DNA of 64,000 bases from contig CAWCVB010000005.1 of assembly GCA_963798915.1 (NCBI GenBank), forward strand, positions 281,291 through 345,290, read 5' to 3'. The notes beneath the pieces were generated by a model that was given only the letters and a program-made list of their open reading frames with translations, was not told the DNA's origin and ran no database searches. Position numbers and translations under genes: made by a program. Positions 52,551-64,000 of this stretch are shown one piece after another; within the stretch, counting starts at the first letter, position 1, and the number at the start of each line of letters is the position of its first letter. This stretch comes from an uncultured Gemmatimonadales bacterium. Lineage in GTDB: Bacteria; Gemmatimonadota; Gemmatimonadetes; Gemmatimonadales; GWC2-71-9.

Positions 52551-53309
52551 GTGCCTCAACCCCCATTGCCGGCCCCGTTCTGGACGCGGGCCATTGTGCA
52601 GGTCGGTCATTCGGCCAAGGGCGCTGCCCGCGCCCTGGCCGACGTTCCAACCTGGCGTCCGCATCTGATTCCGCAGATGCGGCGTCTTGGCGTGGACTCG
52701 GTACCCATCGGGTTGTTCATCGCCATCTTCACGGGCATCGTGCTCGCCCTGCTCGCATCCTACATCTTCACCGGTGCGATCCCGCTGTACTTCGTCGGCG
52801 CCCTGGTCGGCAAGACCATCATGATGGAACTCGGGCCGGTCCTCACCGGGATGGCCCTGGCGGGCCGGGTGGGCGCGAGCATCGCCGCCGAAATCGGCAC
52901 CATGCGGGTGACCGAGCAGGTCGATGCCCTCGAAACCCTGGGGTACAACCCGGACGCATTCCTCACGGCGCCGCGCGTGCTCGCCGCCATGATCATGTTC
53001 CCGGTGGTCACTGCCTTTGCGATGGCGGTCGGCGTGCTCTCCGGATGGATCACGGCGATCAACCTGCTGGACCTGACCTCGCAGGAATTCGTGAAGGGGT
53101 TGCGGCAGTTCTACCAGTTCAAGGACATCTGGTTCGGGCTGCTCAAGTCGGCGACCTTCGGTGGGGCCGTTGCGCTCATGGGTTGTCTCCGCGGGCTGCG
53201 CTCCCGTGGAGGCGCCGAGGGCGTGGGGGAAAGCACCACGCGCGCTGTCGTTCTGGGATGCGAGGCCATCCTGGTGCTCGATGCCTTCTGGGCAGTGATA
53301 TTGCTGTGA
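52551..53309 (+). CDS. mlaE: MlaE-family ABC permease
   Basis: ELGPVLT...AGRVGASIAAEIGTMRVTEQVDAL, GGAEGVG. Confidence 0.92.
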   Translation: MPQPPLPAPFWTRAIVQVGHSAKGAARALADVPTWRPHLIPQMRRLGVDSVPIGLFIAIFTGIVLALLASYIFTGAIPLYFVGALVGKTIMMELGPVLTGMALAGRVGASIAAEIGTMRVTEQVDALETLGYNPDAFLTAPRVLAAMIMFPVVTAFAMAVGVLSGWITAINLLDLTSQEFVKGLRQFYQFKDIWFGLLKSATFGGAVALMGCLRGLRSRGGAEGVGESTTRAVVLGCEAILVLDAFWAVILL

Positions 53310-53316
53310 GCGCGCC

Positions 53317-54066
53317 GTGATCGAGATACGCGACCTGGCCAAGAGTTTCGGGGACAAGGACGTGCTGCGCGCGGTGTCGCTCGACGTGCCTGACGGGCAG
53401 AATACGGTGGTGATCGGCTATTCGGGTACCGGGAAGAGTGTCCTGCTGAAGTGCATCATCGGGCTCCTCCGACCCGATGCCGGACAGGTCACAGTCGATG
53501 GAGAGACGGTCGACGACCTGGAGCCCGAGGCGCTGGCGAGCTTGCGTGGACGGGTGGGATACGTGTTCCAGTTCGCCGCGCTGTTTGATTCGATGACGGT
53601 GGAGGGCAATATCCGGCTTGGGCTGGCCCGGCGCGATCTTGACGAGGCCACGATCCGCCAGCGGATCGCCGAGGCCCTCGACGTGGTGCACCTGACCGGG
53701 TCCGAAGACAAGTTTCCCGGCGAACTGTCGGGAGGCATGCGAAAGCGCGTCGGGCTGGCGCGAGCCATCGCGCTGCGGCCGAAGTACCTGCTCTATGACG
53801 AGCCCACCACGGGCCTGGATCCGGTCACGTCGGCCTCGATGAGCCAGCTGATCTGCCGCACCCGTGATCTCGGGGTGACGGGCGTGGTGGTCACCCATGA
53901 CATGCACAGTGCCTTTGTCGTGGCCGACCGCATCGCGATGCTGTACGACGGTGGGATCCGCCAGGTCGGCACGGTGGAGCAAATGCGCGCCTCGAAGGAT
54001 CCGGTGGTATCCCAGTTCATCGAGGGCCGGCCTGATGCGCCGACGCCCGGGAGGACGGACCAGTGA
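53317..54066 (+). CDS. mlaF: MlaF-family ABC ATPase
   Basis: GYSGTGKS, FQFAALFDS, LSGGMRKRV, YDEPTTGLDP. Confidence 0.93.
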   Translation: MIEIRDLAKSFGDKDVLRAVSLDVPDGQNTVVIGYSGTGKSVLLKCIIGLLRPDAGQVTVDGETVDDLEPEALASLRGRVGYVFQFAALFDSMTVEGNIRLGLARRDLDEATIRQRIAEALDVVHLTGSEDKFPGELSGGMRKRVGLARAIALRPKYLLYDEPTTGLDPVTSASMSQLICRTRDLGVTGVVVTHDMHSAFVVADRIAMLYDGGIRQVGTVEQMRASKDPVVSQFIEGRPDAPTPGRTDQ

Positions 54067-55070
54067 AGAGGACCAACGAGTTTGCCGTCGGGGCCGCCGT
54101 CCTCGTTGCGCTCGCCGTGATCATCGCCGGCGCGCTCTGGCTGGGTCAGCTGCAGCTGGGTGGGCAGCCAGATCACTACTCGGCCCGATTCCGTACGGTC
54201 GACGGGCTCCAGGTCGGAAATCCGGTCACGCTACGCGGCGTGCGCGTCGGGAAGGTGTCCGCCATCCGGCTCGCCGGTGACGACTGGGTGGAAACCGAGC
54301 TGGAGCTGGAGTCCAAGGTGCAGCTGCCGCGGAAGCCGGCCGTGATCGCGTCCTCGGCCAGTCTGTTCGGTGGGTGGAGTGCCAATATCATCTCCTTTGA
54401 GCCGCTGCCGGACGATCCCAACGTGCGGGCGGCGCTGATCGAGAGCGATCGAGCCGGAGGTGACGCGTGGCCCGGTGCGACGCTGCCGGATATCGGACAG
54501 CTGACCGCCCAGGCAAGCCGGATCGCCGGGGATGTGGCCGAAGTGACCAGCCGCATCCAGGGGGCCTTCGATAGCACCGCGCTGAAGGAATTTCGCCAGA
54601 GTGTCCTGGATCTGGCCGCGATCTCCAGCCGCCTCGTGAGCTTCACCAAGGCCCAGAGCGCCCGCCTGGATCGGGTGGGGGCGAATGCCGAGGTCACGGC
54701 CAACAGTTTCGCCAACGTGTCTCGCAATCTGGATCGTACCGTGGAGCGCATCGACAGCGCCACCGCGCATGGCCAGCTCCAGTCCATCCTCGACAATGGG
54801 GCGGCTGCCAGCACGGACTTGCGGACGGCATCCGCCGACTTTCGCCAGGTCATGACCGCGCTGCAGCAGAACCAGGCGAGCCTGATCAACGTCATCCAGG
54901 CCATGGACACGCTGCTCGCCCGGATTCAGTCCGGCAATGGTACCCTCGGCATGCTGGCCACCGATTCGACGCTCTACAGTGAGACCGCTGCCACCATGAA
55001 GCAGTTCCGTGAACTCATGACCGACTTCCAGGCGCACCCGCGGAAGTACATCAAGATTTCGGTGTTCTGA
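54063..55070 (+). CDS. mlaD: MlaD/MCE-family protein with long helical tail
   Basis: GLQVGNPVTLRGVRVGKV; GNGTLG; PRKYIKISVF. Confidence 0.88.
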   Translation: MKRTNEFAVGAAVLVALAVIIAGALWLGQLQLGGQPDHYSARFRTVDGLQVGNPVTLRGVRVGKVSAIRLAGDDWVETELELESKVQLPRKPAVIASSASLFGGWSANIISFEPLPDDPNVRAALIESDRAGGDAWPGATLPDIGQLTAQASRIAGDVAEVTSRIQGAFDSTALKEFRQSVLDLAAISSRLVSFTKAQSARLDRVGANAEVTANSFANVSRNLDRTVERIDSATAHGQLQSILDNGAAASTDLRTASADFRQVMTALQQNQASLINVIQAMDTLLARIQSGNGTLGMLATDSTLYSETAATMKQFRELMTDFQAHPRKYIKISVF

Positions 55071-55559
55071 ATGCCCAAGAAACGAGCGGAACTCGAGGTG
55101 AGTGCCGGTGGCATCGTTTTCCGCCGCGATCCCGATGGGCAGGCAAGATTTCTGCTGATTCGCGACTCCTATGGCAACTGGGGATTTCCCAAGGGGCACC
55201 TGGAAGAAGGCGAATCGCCGGCTGATGCGGCCGTGCGGGAGACGGCGGAAGAAACCGGCTTGGACCAGCTGGTGCTGCGGGGGCCCATCCGGGTCATCGA
55301 CTGGCATTTCCGCTTTCGCGGACGTCCCATTCACAAGTACTGCCACTTCTTCCTGCTGGAATCTCCGGCCGGCGAGTGCATTCCCCAGCGTGACGAGGGC
55401 ATCACGGATTTCCGCTGGCTTCCCCTCGCCGGAGCGCTGGACAAGCTCTCCTACGACAACGCCCGCGGCGTCCTGAAGCGCGCGGGTGACATGGAGCGAA
55501 CGCTCGTGGCCGTCGGCGCGGGCCGTCCGACCTCCCATCCCGCGCCGACCAGCAGCTGA
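55071..55559 (+). CDS. NUDIX hydrolase (Ap4A hydrolase-like)
   Basis: WGFPKGHLEEGE...AAVRETAEETG. Confidence 0.92.
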   Translation: MPKKRAELEVSAGGIVFRRDPDGQARFLLIRDSYGNWGFPKGHLEEGESPADAAVRETAEETGLDQLVLRGPIRVIDWHFRFRGRPIHKYCHFFLLESPAGECIPQRDEGITDFRWLPLAGALDKLSYDNARGVLKRAGDMERTLVAVGAGRPTSHPAPTSS

Positions 55560-55561
55560 CC

Positions 55562-56338
55562 ATGTCACTCGTCGCCGCACTGGTCGACGATCGTGCGGCG
55601 CTGCTCGCACTCCGACGCGCGCTGCCAAGGGGCGGGCCGCGGCTGGTCGCCTGCCGTTCGTCCGCCTCACTGCACCGGCACCTCGAGCAGCACCTCACCG
55701 ACGCCATCATCTTGAGTCCTGCCCGGTTGGGTGATCATGATGGTCACGCGCTTCATGCCTCCTTTCCCGGCATTCCCACGGTGGTCTACTCCGCCTTTCG
55801 CCCCGACGATGCGCCGCTCATGCTGGAGACTTTTGCCCGGGGTGTCGCCGCGGTGATGGTGGCCGACGTGGACGACGCGGTGGTGGGGGAGCTCCTCGGC
55901 CGGATCACGCTGACGGCCCGTCGGCGCGCCGACATGGCCGATGCAGTGCGGGTACTGCAGCTGGACGAGGCTATCCAGCGGCGGGCCTGGGAGCGTCTCG
56001 TCAGTGATGTCGCGACTCCGCTGCGCACGGCGGAGCTGGCCCGGCACCTCGGCGTGAGCCGGGAACACCTCTCCCGGCAGTTCGGGGCGGGTGGGGCTCC
56101 CAACCTGAAGCGGGTGATCGACCTGACCCGGGTCGCGGCGGCAAGCCAGCTCCTGCAAAATCCCGGCTATGCGCCGGCCGCGGCCGCGCGACTGCTCGGC
56201 TTCTCCTCACCAGCCCACCTGAACGCCACGGCCACCCGTATCGCGGGCGTGGGTGCCAAGGGGCTGGCGCGCCTCGGGCCGAGGGGTGTGCTGGCCCATT
56301 TTGTCCGGGGCAACACCCGATCCCGAACCGGCGACTAG
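55562..56338 (+). CDS. AraC-family HTH regulator with receiver-like N-terminus
   Basis: ELARHLGVSREHLSRQF, AARLLGFSSPAHL. Confidence 0.82.
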   Translation: MSLVAALVDDRAALLALRRALPRGGPRLVACRSSASLHRHLEQHLTDAIILSPARLGDHDGHALHASFPGIPTVVYSAFRPDDAPLMLETFARGVAAVMVADVDDAVVGELLGRITLTARRRADMADAVRVLQLDEAIQRRAWERLVSDVATPLRTAELARHLGVSREHLSRQFGAGGAPNLKRVIDLTRVAAASQLLQNPGYAPAAAARLLGFSSPAHLNATATRIAGVGAKGLARLGPRGVLAHFVRGNTRSRTGD

Positions 56339-56379
56339 CAGGGTCCCAGGTGTGCCCTCCCACTTCCCCGATTCGGCCA

Positions 56380-56397
56380 TTGTGATTAATTTCACAA
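56380..56397. promoter_or_regulatory. Rex/CRP-type palindrome upstream of atpA
   Basis: TTGTGA-TTAATT-TCACAA. Confidence 0.72.
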
Positions 56398-56437
56398 GCT
56401 AGTTCCGGACCGTCACCGACGAACCCACAGGACGCCA

Positions 56438-58015
56438 ATGGCCACCGAAACGATCCTTCGCCCGGGCGAGCTCAAGGACATTCTCATCCGTGAAATCGAG
56501 AGCGCGGACCTCGCGACCGTCGATGTCGCGGAAGTCGGCACTGTGCTCGAGGTGCGCGACGGCATCGCGCGGGTTTACGGCCTCAGGTCGGCCACCTCTG
56601 GCGAGATGCTCGAGTTCACCGCCCAGGAAACGGGCGAGGTCGTCACCGGACTGGTCCTGAACTTGGAAGAGGACAACGTCGGGTGCGCCATCCTGGGCGA
56701 TTACCTGAAGCTCAAGGAAGGCGACGAAGTGCGCCGCACCGGGCGGCTGCTGGAAGTGCCGGCGGGTCGTGCCATGCTGGGCCGGGTGGTCGATGCGCTG
56801 GGTCGGCCGGTGGATGGCCGCGGCGAGATCGTCACCGACAAGCGGCGGCCGGTGGAGATGATTGCGCCGGGCATCATCGTGCGCCAGCCGGTCAAGGAGC
56901 CGCTGCAGACCGGCATCAAGGCGATCGACGCCATGATCCCGATCGGCCGCGGCCAGCGCGAACTGATCATCGGCGACCGGGGCACCGGCAAGACGGCCAT
57001 CGCGGTGGACACGATCCTGAACCAGAAGGGCACTGGCGTCATCTGTGTCTATGTCGCGATCGGGCAGAAACGCTCCACCGTGGCCACGGTGGTGGAGCGG
57101 CTCAGGGAAGCGGGTGCGATGGACTATACCATCGTGGTCGTCGCCTCCGCCTCGGAGCCCGCACCACTGCAGTACATCGCGCCCTATTCCGGCTGCGCTA
57201 TCGCCGAATATTTCATGTACGAGGAAGGCGCCGCCACGCTGTGCGTCTATGACGACCTGTCCAAGCAGGCCGCTGCCTATCGCCAGCTCTCGCTCATTCT
57301 CCGGCGGCCGCCGGGCCGCGAGGCATACCCGGGTGACGTTTTCTATCTCCACAGCCGCCTGCTGGAGCGGGCCGCCAAGATTTCCGAAGATGCCCGCACC
57401 ATCGAGCAGGATCCCCGCATCAAGAAGCCGGGCGGCTCGCTGACCGCGTTGCCGATCATCGAGACCCAGGCCGGCGATGTCTCGGCCTACATCCCGACCA
57501 ACGTCATTTCGATTACCGATGGCCAGATCTTCCTCACCACCGACCTGTTCTACTCGAACGTGCGGCCGGCAGTGGACGCGGGCATTTCAGTCAGCCGGGT
57601 CGGTGGCAATGCGCAGATCAAGGCCATGAAGAAGGTGGCGGGACCGCTCCGGCTGTCACTCGCCCAGTTTCGCGAGCTCGAAGCCTTTGCCCAGTTCGGT
57701 TCCGACCTCGACCCGGCCACCCAGCGACAGCTGGCCCGGGGCGCCCGCCTTGTCGAGGTCCTCAAGCAGCCGCAATACCAGCCGGTGCCGGTGGAGCAGC
57801 AGGTCGCGATCATCTTCGCGGTGACCAATGGTTTCCTGGACGACGTCGAGGTCAGGCACATTCGCCAGTGGGAACGGGACTTCCTCAAGTACCTGGAAGC
57901 CCAGCGCCCCGAGGTGCTCGAAGGGATTCGCACTCGGAAGGAGCTGACCGATGAGCTGACTGCCGGGTTGCGGTCGGCCATCGAGGCGTTCCAACACGTC
58001 TTCGCCGCCGTGTAA
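56438..58015 (+). CDS. atpA: F1 ATP synthase subunit alpha
   Basis: [33 protein letters not shown]. Confidence 0.98.
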   Translation: MATETILRPGELKDILIREIESADLATVDVAEVGTVLEVRDGIARVYGLRSATSGEMLEFTAQETGEVVTGLVLNLEEDNVGCAILGDYLKLKEGDEVRRTGRLLEVPAGRAMLGRVVDALGRPVDGRGEIVTDKRRPVEMIAPGIIVRQPVKEPLQTGIKAIDAMIPIGRGQRELIIGDRGTGKTAIAVDTILNQKGTGVICVYVAIGQKRSTVATVVERLREAGAMDYTIVVVASASEPAPLQYIAPYSGCAIAEYFMYEEGAATLCVYDDLSKQAAAYRQLSLILRRPPGREAYPGDVFYLHSRLLERAAKISEDARTIEQDPRIKKPGGSLTALPIIETQAGDVSAYIPTNVISITDGQIFLTTDLFYSNVRPAVDAGISVSRVGGNAQIKAMKKVAGPLRLSLAQFRELEAFAQFGSDLDPATQRQLARGARLVEVLKQPQYQPVPVEQQVAIIFAVTNGFLDDVEVRHIRQWERDFLKYLEAQRPEVLEGIRTRKELTDELTAGLRSAIEAFQHVFAAV

Positions 58016-58893
58016 TGGCCAAGACCAAGGCACTCCGGGGCCGCATTCGCTCGGTCCAGAACACGCGCAAGATCACGCGGACGATGGAGCTGGTGTCCAC
58101 GTCCAAGCTGAAGCGCGCCCAGGACCGGGTCATCGCCGCCCGCCCGTATGCCGAAGCCCTGCGAGAGGTGATTGCAGCGCTCGTCACGCCCGAGCTGGCC
58201 AGCGAATTTCCGCTGCTGCGCGAGCCCGCCCCGCCTGGCGCTGGCGGTCCGGATCGCGCAGCACTCATCCTGGTCACGTCGAACCGCGGGCTCGCCGGCG
58301 GCTTCAACTCGAACCTGATCAAGGAAGCCCGGCGACGGATGGCCGAGCTGGAGCATCAGGGACTGACGGTTGACCTTTATGGCATCGGCCGGAAGGGCAT
58401 CGGCTACTTCCGCTACCTCGGCCGCAGCCTGGCCCTCGAGCGCATCGATATTGGCGACCGGCCGACGTCGGCGCAGGCCACCGAAATCATGGAGCCACTG
58501 ACCGAGCGATATGCGCGCGGCGAGGTGGCCAGCGTCGATCTGGTCTATGCCCGGTTCGAGAGCGCCATTGCCACCCCGCCGACGGTCATGCGGATCCTGC
58601 CGGTGCAAACGCCGGAGCGGCGGGGACCGCGCCCCGACTATCTGCTCGAACCGGACGCCGCCACACTGCTGGAGCGGCTGCTGCCACTCTATGTGCGGAA
58701 CGCACTCTATCGTGGCCTGGTGGAGACGGCTGCTGGCGAGCATGGCGCCCGGCGCACGGCCATGAAGAATGCGACCGACAACGCCGGTGAGATTCTCGAC
58801 GGCCTCAAGCGGACCTACAACCGGCTGCGCCAGGCGGCGATCACGCAGGAAATCGCCGAGATCGTCGGCGGCGCGGCGGCATTGCAAGGGTAG
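58015..58893 (+). CDS. atpG: F1 ATP synthase subunit gamma
   Basis: KITRTMELVS, RGLAGGFN, AMKNATDNA, RQAAITQEIAEIV. Confidence 0.98.
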   Translation: MAKTKALRGRIRSVQNTRKITRTMELVSTSKLKRAQDRVIAARPYAEALREVIAALVTPELASEFPLLREPAPPGAGGPDRAALILVTSNRGLAGGFNSNLIKEARRRMAELEHQGLTVDLYGIGRKGIGYFRYLGRSLALERIDIGDRPTSAQATEIMEPLTERYARGEVASVDLVYARFESAIATPPTVMRILPVQTPERRGPRPDYLLEPDAATLLERLLPLYVRNALYRGLVETAAGEHGARRTAMKNATDNAGEILDGLKRTYNRLRQAAITQEIAEIVGGAAALQG

Positions 58894-58899
58894 ACGAGA

Positions 58900-58943
58900 G
58901 TCAACGGTCTACGGTCAACAGTCGACCGTCGACCGTCGACCGA
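58900..58943. repeat. Heptamer intergenic repeat (GTCNACN)
   Basis: gtcaacg gtctacg gtcaaca gtcgacc gtcgacc gtcgacc. Confidence 0.8.
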
Positions 58944-58953
58944 TGACCTTTAG

Positions 58954-60383
<1,430 letters not shown>

Positions 60384-60384
<1 letters not shown>

Positions 60385-60644
60385 TGCATGTCACGGTCAT
60401 CTCGCCTGAGGCGAGGATGTTTGATGGGCAGGCCGATGCAGTGGTCGCGCCTGCGTTCGACGGGGAGGTCGGCATTCTGCCGCACCACGCCCCGCTCATG
60501 ACGCTTCTCGGCGAAGGAACCCTCGCCATCCGGCAGGGCGGCGCGACGCACGCATTTCGGGTGCGGGGCGGCTTCCTGCAGGTCGTGGATGAGCAGGTAC
60601 GCGTCGTCGCGGAGCACGTTCAAGGAGAGACTCCAAATGCGTAA
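60384..60644 (+). CDS. atpC: F1 ATP synthase subunit epsilon, N-terminal domain only
   Basis: VISPE, GEVGILPHHAP, GGFLQV; 86 aa. Confidence 0.92.
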
Positions 60645-61263
60645 GCTGATTGTCGGCATGACCGCTGCGGCCGCTGCGCTGATCCTGGCGGGCCACGCCG
60701 CGGCGCAGGAGACCGGTACTCCGGTGTTCAAGTCGCCGTATCGGACCTATACCTCAAGTGAAGTGGGCGCCACGATCTCCGATCCGGGTGGCAGTGGCTG
60801 GGGCCTGGAAGGCTTCTACGGCTACGGGCATGAAAACTGGGATATCGGACTGCGGGGTGGTTTTCTCGACACGCCCGGGAGCACCAAGGTCCTGGCGGGC
60901 GTCAGTGCGCGCACCCGCGTGTTGCAGTCGTCCGAGAGCATCCCACTCGATGGGGCGCTGACGCTCGGGGCCGGCCTGAGGTTCAATGACGGTACCTATG
61001 CCTTCATCCCGATCGGCATCTCACTGGGCCGGCGCGTCCTGCTTGAGAATTCGGATGTGACGTTCGTGCCCTACGTGCATCCCATCATGGTGCCGGTTTT
61101 CGGGAGCAATGTTGGCGGACTGGGCGACGACTCGGACATCAAGTTCGCGCTGGGGCTTGGCGTGGACATCAAGTTCACCCGGTCGATTGACGTTCGCGTA
61201 GCCGGTGCGCTGGGCGACTCGCCATGGGACGGGGTATCGATCGGGCTCGCATTTGTGCACTGA
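60637..61263 (+). CDS. Hypothetical outer-membrane beta-barrel protein
   Basis: Signal peptide; alternating Gly/aromatic strands; AGGAG RBS. Confidence 0.78.
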   Translation: MRKLIVGMTAAAAALILAGHAAAQETGTPVFKSPYRTYTSSEVGATISDPGGSGWGLEGFYGYGHENWDIGLRGGFLDTPGSTKVLAGVSARTRVLQSSESIPLDGALTLGAGLRFNDGTYAFIPIGISLGRRVLLENSDVTFVPYVHPIMVPVFGSNVGGLGDDSDIKFALGLGVDIKFTRSIDVRVAGALGDSPWDGVSIGLAFVH

Positions 61264-61399
61264 TCTGTCCCAGTGACGCTTAGCCTGCGCGCCCGGCGAT
61301 TGTCGCCGGGCGCGCAGCTTCATCGGCGCTCTTGCATCGCCTCCCGCTGCCGCTAGCTTCCGCGGGTTCATCATCTGGGCATACTTGACGAGGAGCATC

Positions 61400-62077
61400 A
61401 TGCGAAACTCCGTAGGCCGCGCCATCCTGCTCTCGACGCTCGTCACGGCCGCTGTTGGCCAGGTGCACGCGCAGGCCGCCGGCCTCCCCGTAATGAACAG
61501 TGGGATTGTCAGCGGCATCGGGCTCGCCCTGGATGCTGGCATTCCCAATGACGCTGCCGGAGGCGGCTGGGCGGCGGGCGCCACGCTGAAGGCGGGATTC
61601 GGCGTACTCGGCGTGACGGGCACCATCTCGCGCCTGGATCCTGATGCGGCTGACGCCGTGTGGTCGGGCGGGGCCACCGCCAACATGAAGGTCTTCGGCG
61701 GGCCGCTGGTGCCGATTGCCGTGACCCTGCAGGCAGGGGCCGGTTACGTGGCGCCGGAATTTCGCTGCCTCACCCCTGGCGCCTGCGATCTCAAGGAGTG
61801 GCACGTTCCCGTCGGGCTGGGGGTCTCATTCACGATTCCCAATCCTGCCCTCGCCATCAAGCCCTGGATTGCTCCCCGTGTGGACATCGTGCGCACTTCG
61901 CAGACGGGAGTCGACTCCGATACTGACGTGGGGGTGGGGGTGAGCGGCGGCGTCGAATTGAACCTGCTGAACGGCATGGGCCTGCATGCGGCTTATGACT
62001 GGTCCAAGCACAACGACGTCAAGCCCGGCATCTTTTCGGCCGGGATCCATTATGCGTTTCGGGTGCCCGGCCTTTGA
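61400..62077 (+). CDS. Hypothetical outer-membrane beta-barrel protein
   Basis: Signal peptide ..VHAQ; amphipathic strands; AGGAG RBS. Confidence 0.78.
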   Translation: MRNSVGRAILLSTLVTAAVGQVHAQAAGLPVMNSGIVSGIGLALDAGIPNDAAGGGWAAGATLKAGFGVLGVTGTISRLDPDAADAVWSGGATANMKVFGGPLVPIAVTLQAGAGYVAPEFRCLTPGACDLKEWHVPVGLGVSFTIPNPALAIKPWIAPRVDIVRTSQTGVDSDTDVGVGVSGGVELNLLNGMGLHAAYDWSKHNDVKPGIFSAGIHYAFRVPGL

Positions 62078-62451
62078 CCATTCGTTACGCCGTTATGAGG
62101 GCCGCAGTGCTCGCGTGTGTCGTGCTGGTGGCTGGCTGTGCACAGACCTTTGACGCGACGACACTCGGAGTGCCCGCGAGCATGGCCTCCGCGGCGTCTC
62201 CGACGGTGCCGGACAGCGCGGCCGCTTTCTCGGTATCATCGCATGCGATGTTTGGATTCTGGGGCATGGTGTCGCTGAAGAACCCGTCGGTCGAGAAGGC
62301 GTTGGCCGGCCAGCTGGTCGGTGGAAAGCGCATCGAGAACGTGCGGATCAAGGTTCGCAGCAGCGTGAGCGACGTGATCTTCACGGTGCTCACGGCCGGC
62401 ATCATTGTCCCGCGGTCGGTGACGGTCGAGGGGACCGTGACCGGGCCCTGA
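62074..62451 (+). CDS. Small lipoprotein (Bor-like)
   Basis: LVAGC lipobox; FGFWG, LTAGIIVPRSVTVEG. Confidence 0.72.
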   Translation: MTIRYAVMRAAVLACVVLVAGCAQTFDATTLGVPASMASAASPTVPDSAAAFSVSSHAMFGFWGMVSLKNPSVEKALAGQLVGGKRIENVRIKVRSSVSDVIFTVLTAGIIVPRSVTVEGTVTGP

Positions 62452-62454
62452 GGG

Positions 62455-63186
62455 GTGGCCAGTTCCTATTGGCGCCTCTCCCGGGCGCCACGCTACAGCC
62501 TCCTGTTCGCGCTGCCGCTTCTGGTGTTCTATGAGGCGGCAGCGTTTCTGTTGTCCGGCGACGCCGTCTCCGGCGTCCGGAACGGGGCAGACGTCCTGCT
62601 CAAGAGTCTCTTCCTCACCCTTGGCGGCCGGCGCGGGCTGGTAGCATTCGATGTGCTCCTGGTGGTGGTGGCGGGCATCTTCATCGTCCGGGACTTCCGG
62701 CGGAATCCCGGTCCGCTTCGGGGCGGAGTCTTTGGGGTCATGCTGGGCGAATCGGTCGTCGGCGGACTCATCTTCGGTGTGGTGGCGGGCCTGCTCACGG
62801 CAGTGCTGCTTCGTGGCGTGCCCCGGCTGATGCTCGCCCCGGTAGCGGCGCTCAGCGTGCCAACCCAGCTCACCGTCGCGCTCGGGGCGGGGATCTACGA
62901 GGAATTGCTGTTCAGGGTCCTTCTGGTCGGAGGGCTGGCGCTGTTCGCGCGCCGAGTGCTGGGTTGGCGACCACTGCCGGGGGGGATCATGGCTGCCAGC
63001 GTCGGCGCTGCCCTCTTTTCGGCGTTCCACTACGTTGGCCCCTACGGAGATCCCTTCTCCCTGGCCACCTTTGTGTTTCGGCTCGTCGCCGGTCTCCTGT
63101 TCAGCATCATGTACCTGGTGCGCGGCTTCGGCATCACGGCCTGGACACACGCCTTGTATGACGTGTTCCTGATCCTCGCCACCTGA
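62455..63186 (+). CDS. CPBP-family intramembrane protease
   Basis: YEELLFR, FSAFH, HALYD. Confidence 0.9.
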   Translation: MASSYWRLSRAPRYSLLFALPLLVFYEAAAFLLSGDAVSGVRNGADVLLKSLFLTLGGRRGLVAFDVLLVVVAGIFIVRDFRRNPGPLRGGVFGVMLGESVVGGLIFGVVAGLLTAVLLRGVPRLMLAPVAALSVPTQLTVALGAGIYEELLFRVLLVGGLALFARRVLGWRPLPGGIMAASVGAALFSAFHYVGPYGDPFSLATFVFRLVAGLLFSIMYLVRGFGITAWTHALYDVFLILAT

Positions 63187-63386
63187 GCACAGCGGCTCAA
63201 CTGGCACCCGCAGCTGGCCTTCCAGCGGAGGTCTGGCCTCAGGAGTGTTTCATATCGCGAACCATTGTGCATCGCACACGCTGGCTCCGCCCTTCGGGGC
63301 ATCCGTCACCGCCGGGCGACGCACGGTCGATTATCCTGCGGTGAAGGCAGGTTTGGCACTGTTCGGACCCAACGTGGAGGCGAACC

Positions 63387-63662
63387 ATGGCTTCAGGTCG
63401 CGCATCCGGCCACACGCTCCGCTCGCTCGGACTCTGGGCGCTGGGCGGCGTCGCCGGGTACCTGATCATCAGGGAATTCAGGGCAGGGGCGCCCGGCAGG
63501 GCAGCAGGGCACACGTCCGGGGGACCGGTGACACCGGCGACGCTACCGGCTGACACGGAGCGAGGCGTCGAGGAGAGCGGCGGGGATTCCGACCAGCAGC
63601 TGGATGCCGCCGTTGATGCGACCTTCCCGGCGAGTGACCCGATTTCGATGCAGTTTGAGTGA
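63387..63662 (+). CDS. Small membrane-anchored protein with C-terminal FPASDP motif
   Basis: GGAGG RBS; TM segment; LDAAVDATFPASDP. Confidence 0.7.
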   Translation: MASGRASGHTLRSLGLWALGGVAGYLIIREFRAGAPGRAAGHTSGGPVTPATLPADTERGVEESGGDSDQQLDAAVDATFPASDPISMQFE

Positions 63663-63710
63663 CATCCTCAGGGGCCAATCTTCAGTCGCCTGCCAAGTCT
63701 GATCCATAGC

Positions 63711-63756
63711 CACTGACGACCGACGACTGACGACCGACGACCAACGACCGACGACT
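63711..63756. repeat. Heptamer intergenic repeat (CGACGAC-type)
   Basis: actgacg accgacg actgacg accgacg accaacg accgacg act. Confidence 0.82.
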
Positions 63757-64000
63757 TACTTGCTCCTCTCCGCGATGATCGAGTCGAGTATCGGCCGAAA
63801 GACCTCGATCGGCTGGGCGCCGATCAGCAGCCCTCCCTCGATGAAGAAAGACGGCGTGGCATTCGCGCCCGTACGGGCGGATGCCAGCGCCTCCTCACGC
63901 ACCGCTGTCTCGACGGTTGAATCGGCCAGACATCGCAGGGTCGAGTCCCGGTCAAGCCCTGCCGAATCCGCCAGTCCCAACAGCGCTGGCACCGGATTCT
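63756..64000 (-). CDS. DsbA/thioredoxin-like protein, C-terminal part
   Basis: GANATPSFFI.G...GAQP; runs off the window end. Confidence 0.8.
   Translation of the reverse strand, partial: NPVPALLGLADSAGLDRDSTLRCLADSTVETAVREEALASARTGANATPSFFIEGGLLIGAQPIEVFRPILDSIIAERSK

Overview
High-GC bacterial window, most likely Gemmatimonadota (inferred from the Ser/Thr kinase-TolB-TPR protein, the sigma70-mlaEFD-NUDIX-AraC-atpAGDC block and DS/DT-rich exported proteins). Layout: (1) 1-12.9 kb: M1 aminopeptidase, two paralogous stand-alone receiver proteins flanking a small Zn-ribbon membrane protein, and a PepSY / two-component / TolC-MFP-RND / beta-propeller operon. (2) tRNA-Arg(CCG), then a ~37 kb accessory stress, metal and ion region: sodC, DUF4142, marR-doxX, SSADH, Hsp20, BON, an ECF sigma/ZAS anti-sigma module, kinase, ArsR-TolC-MFP-RND-PII-DUF2892, an islet bounded by a direct repeat, an expanded kdp locus and a collapsed cus/metal cluster. 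(3) A six-tRNA minus-strand cluster and core genes including the F1 ATPase genes. The best candidate for an undescribed system is at 19.7-22.8 kb. Three identical-core ECF promoters (GGGAACT-N12-ATCCGGTT) link a SigR/SigH-like sigma and its zinc anti-sigma to a Met-rich membrane protein, an uncharacterised His/Met/Cys-Cys secreted protein and a cupredoxin. Several stretches (kdp, anti-sigma, cupredoxin) are dense in single-base indels that look like long-read consensus errors. No CRISPR array, integrase or transposase was seen. All product calls come from motif recognition, not database searches.
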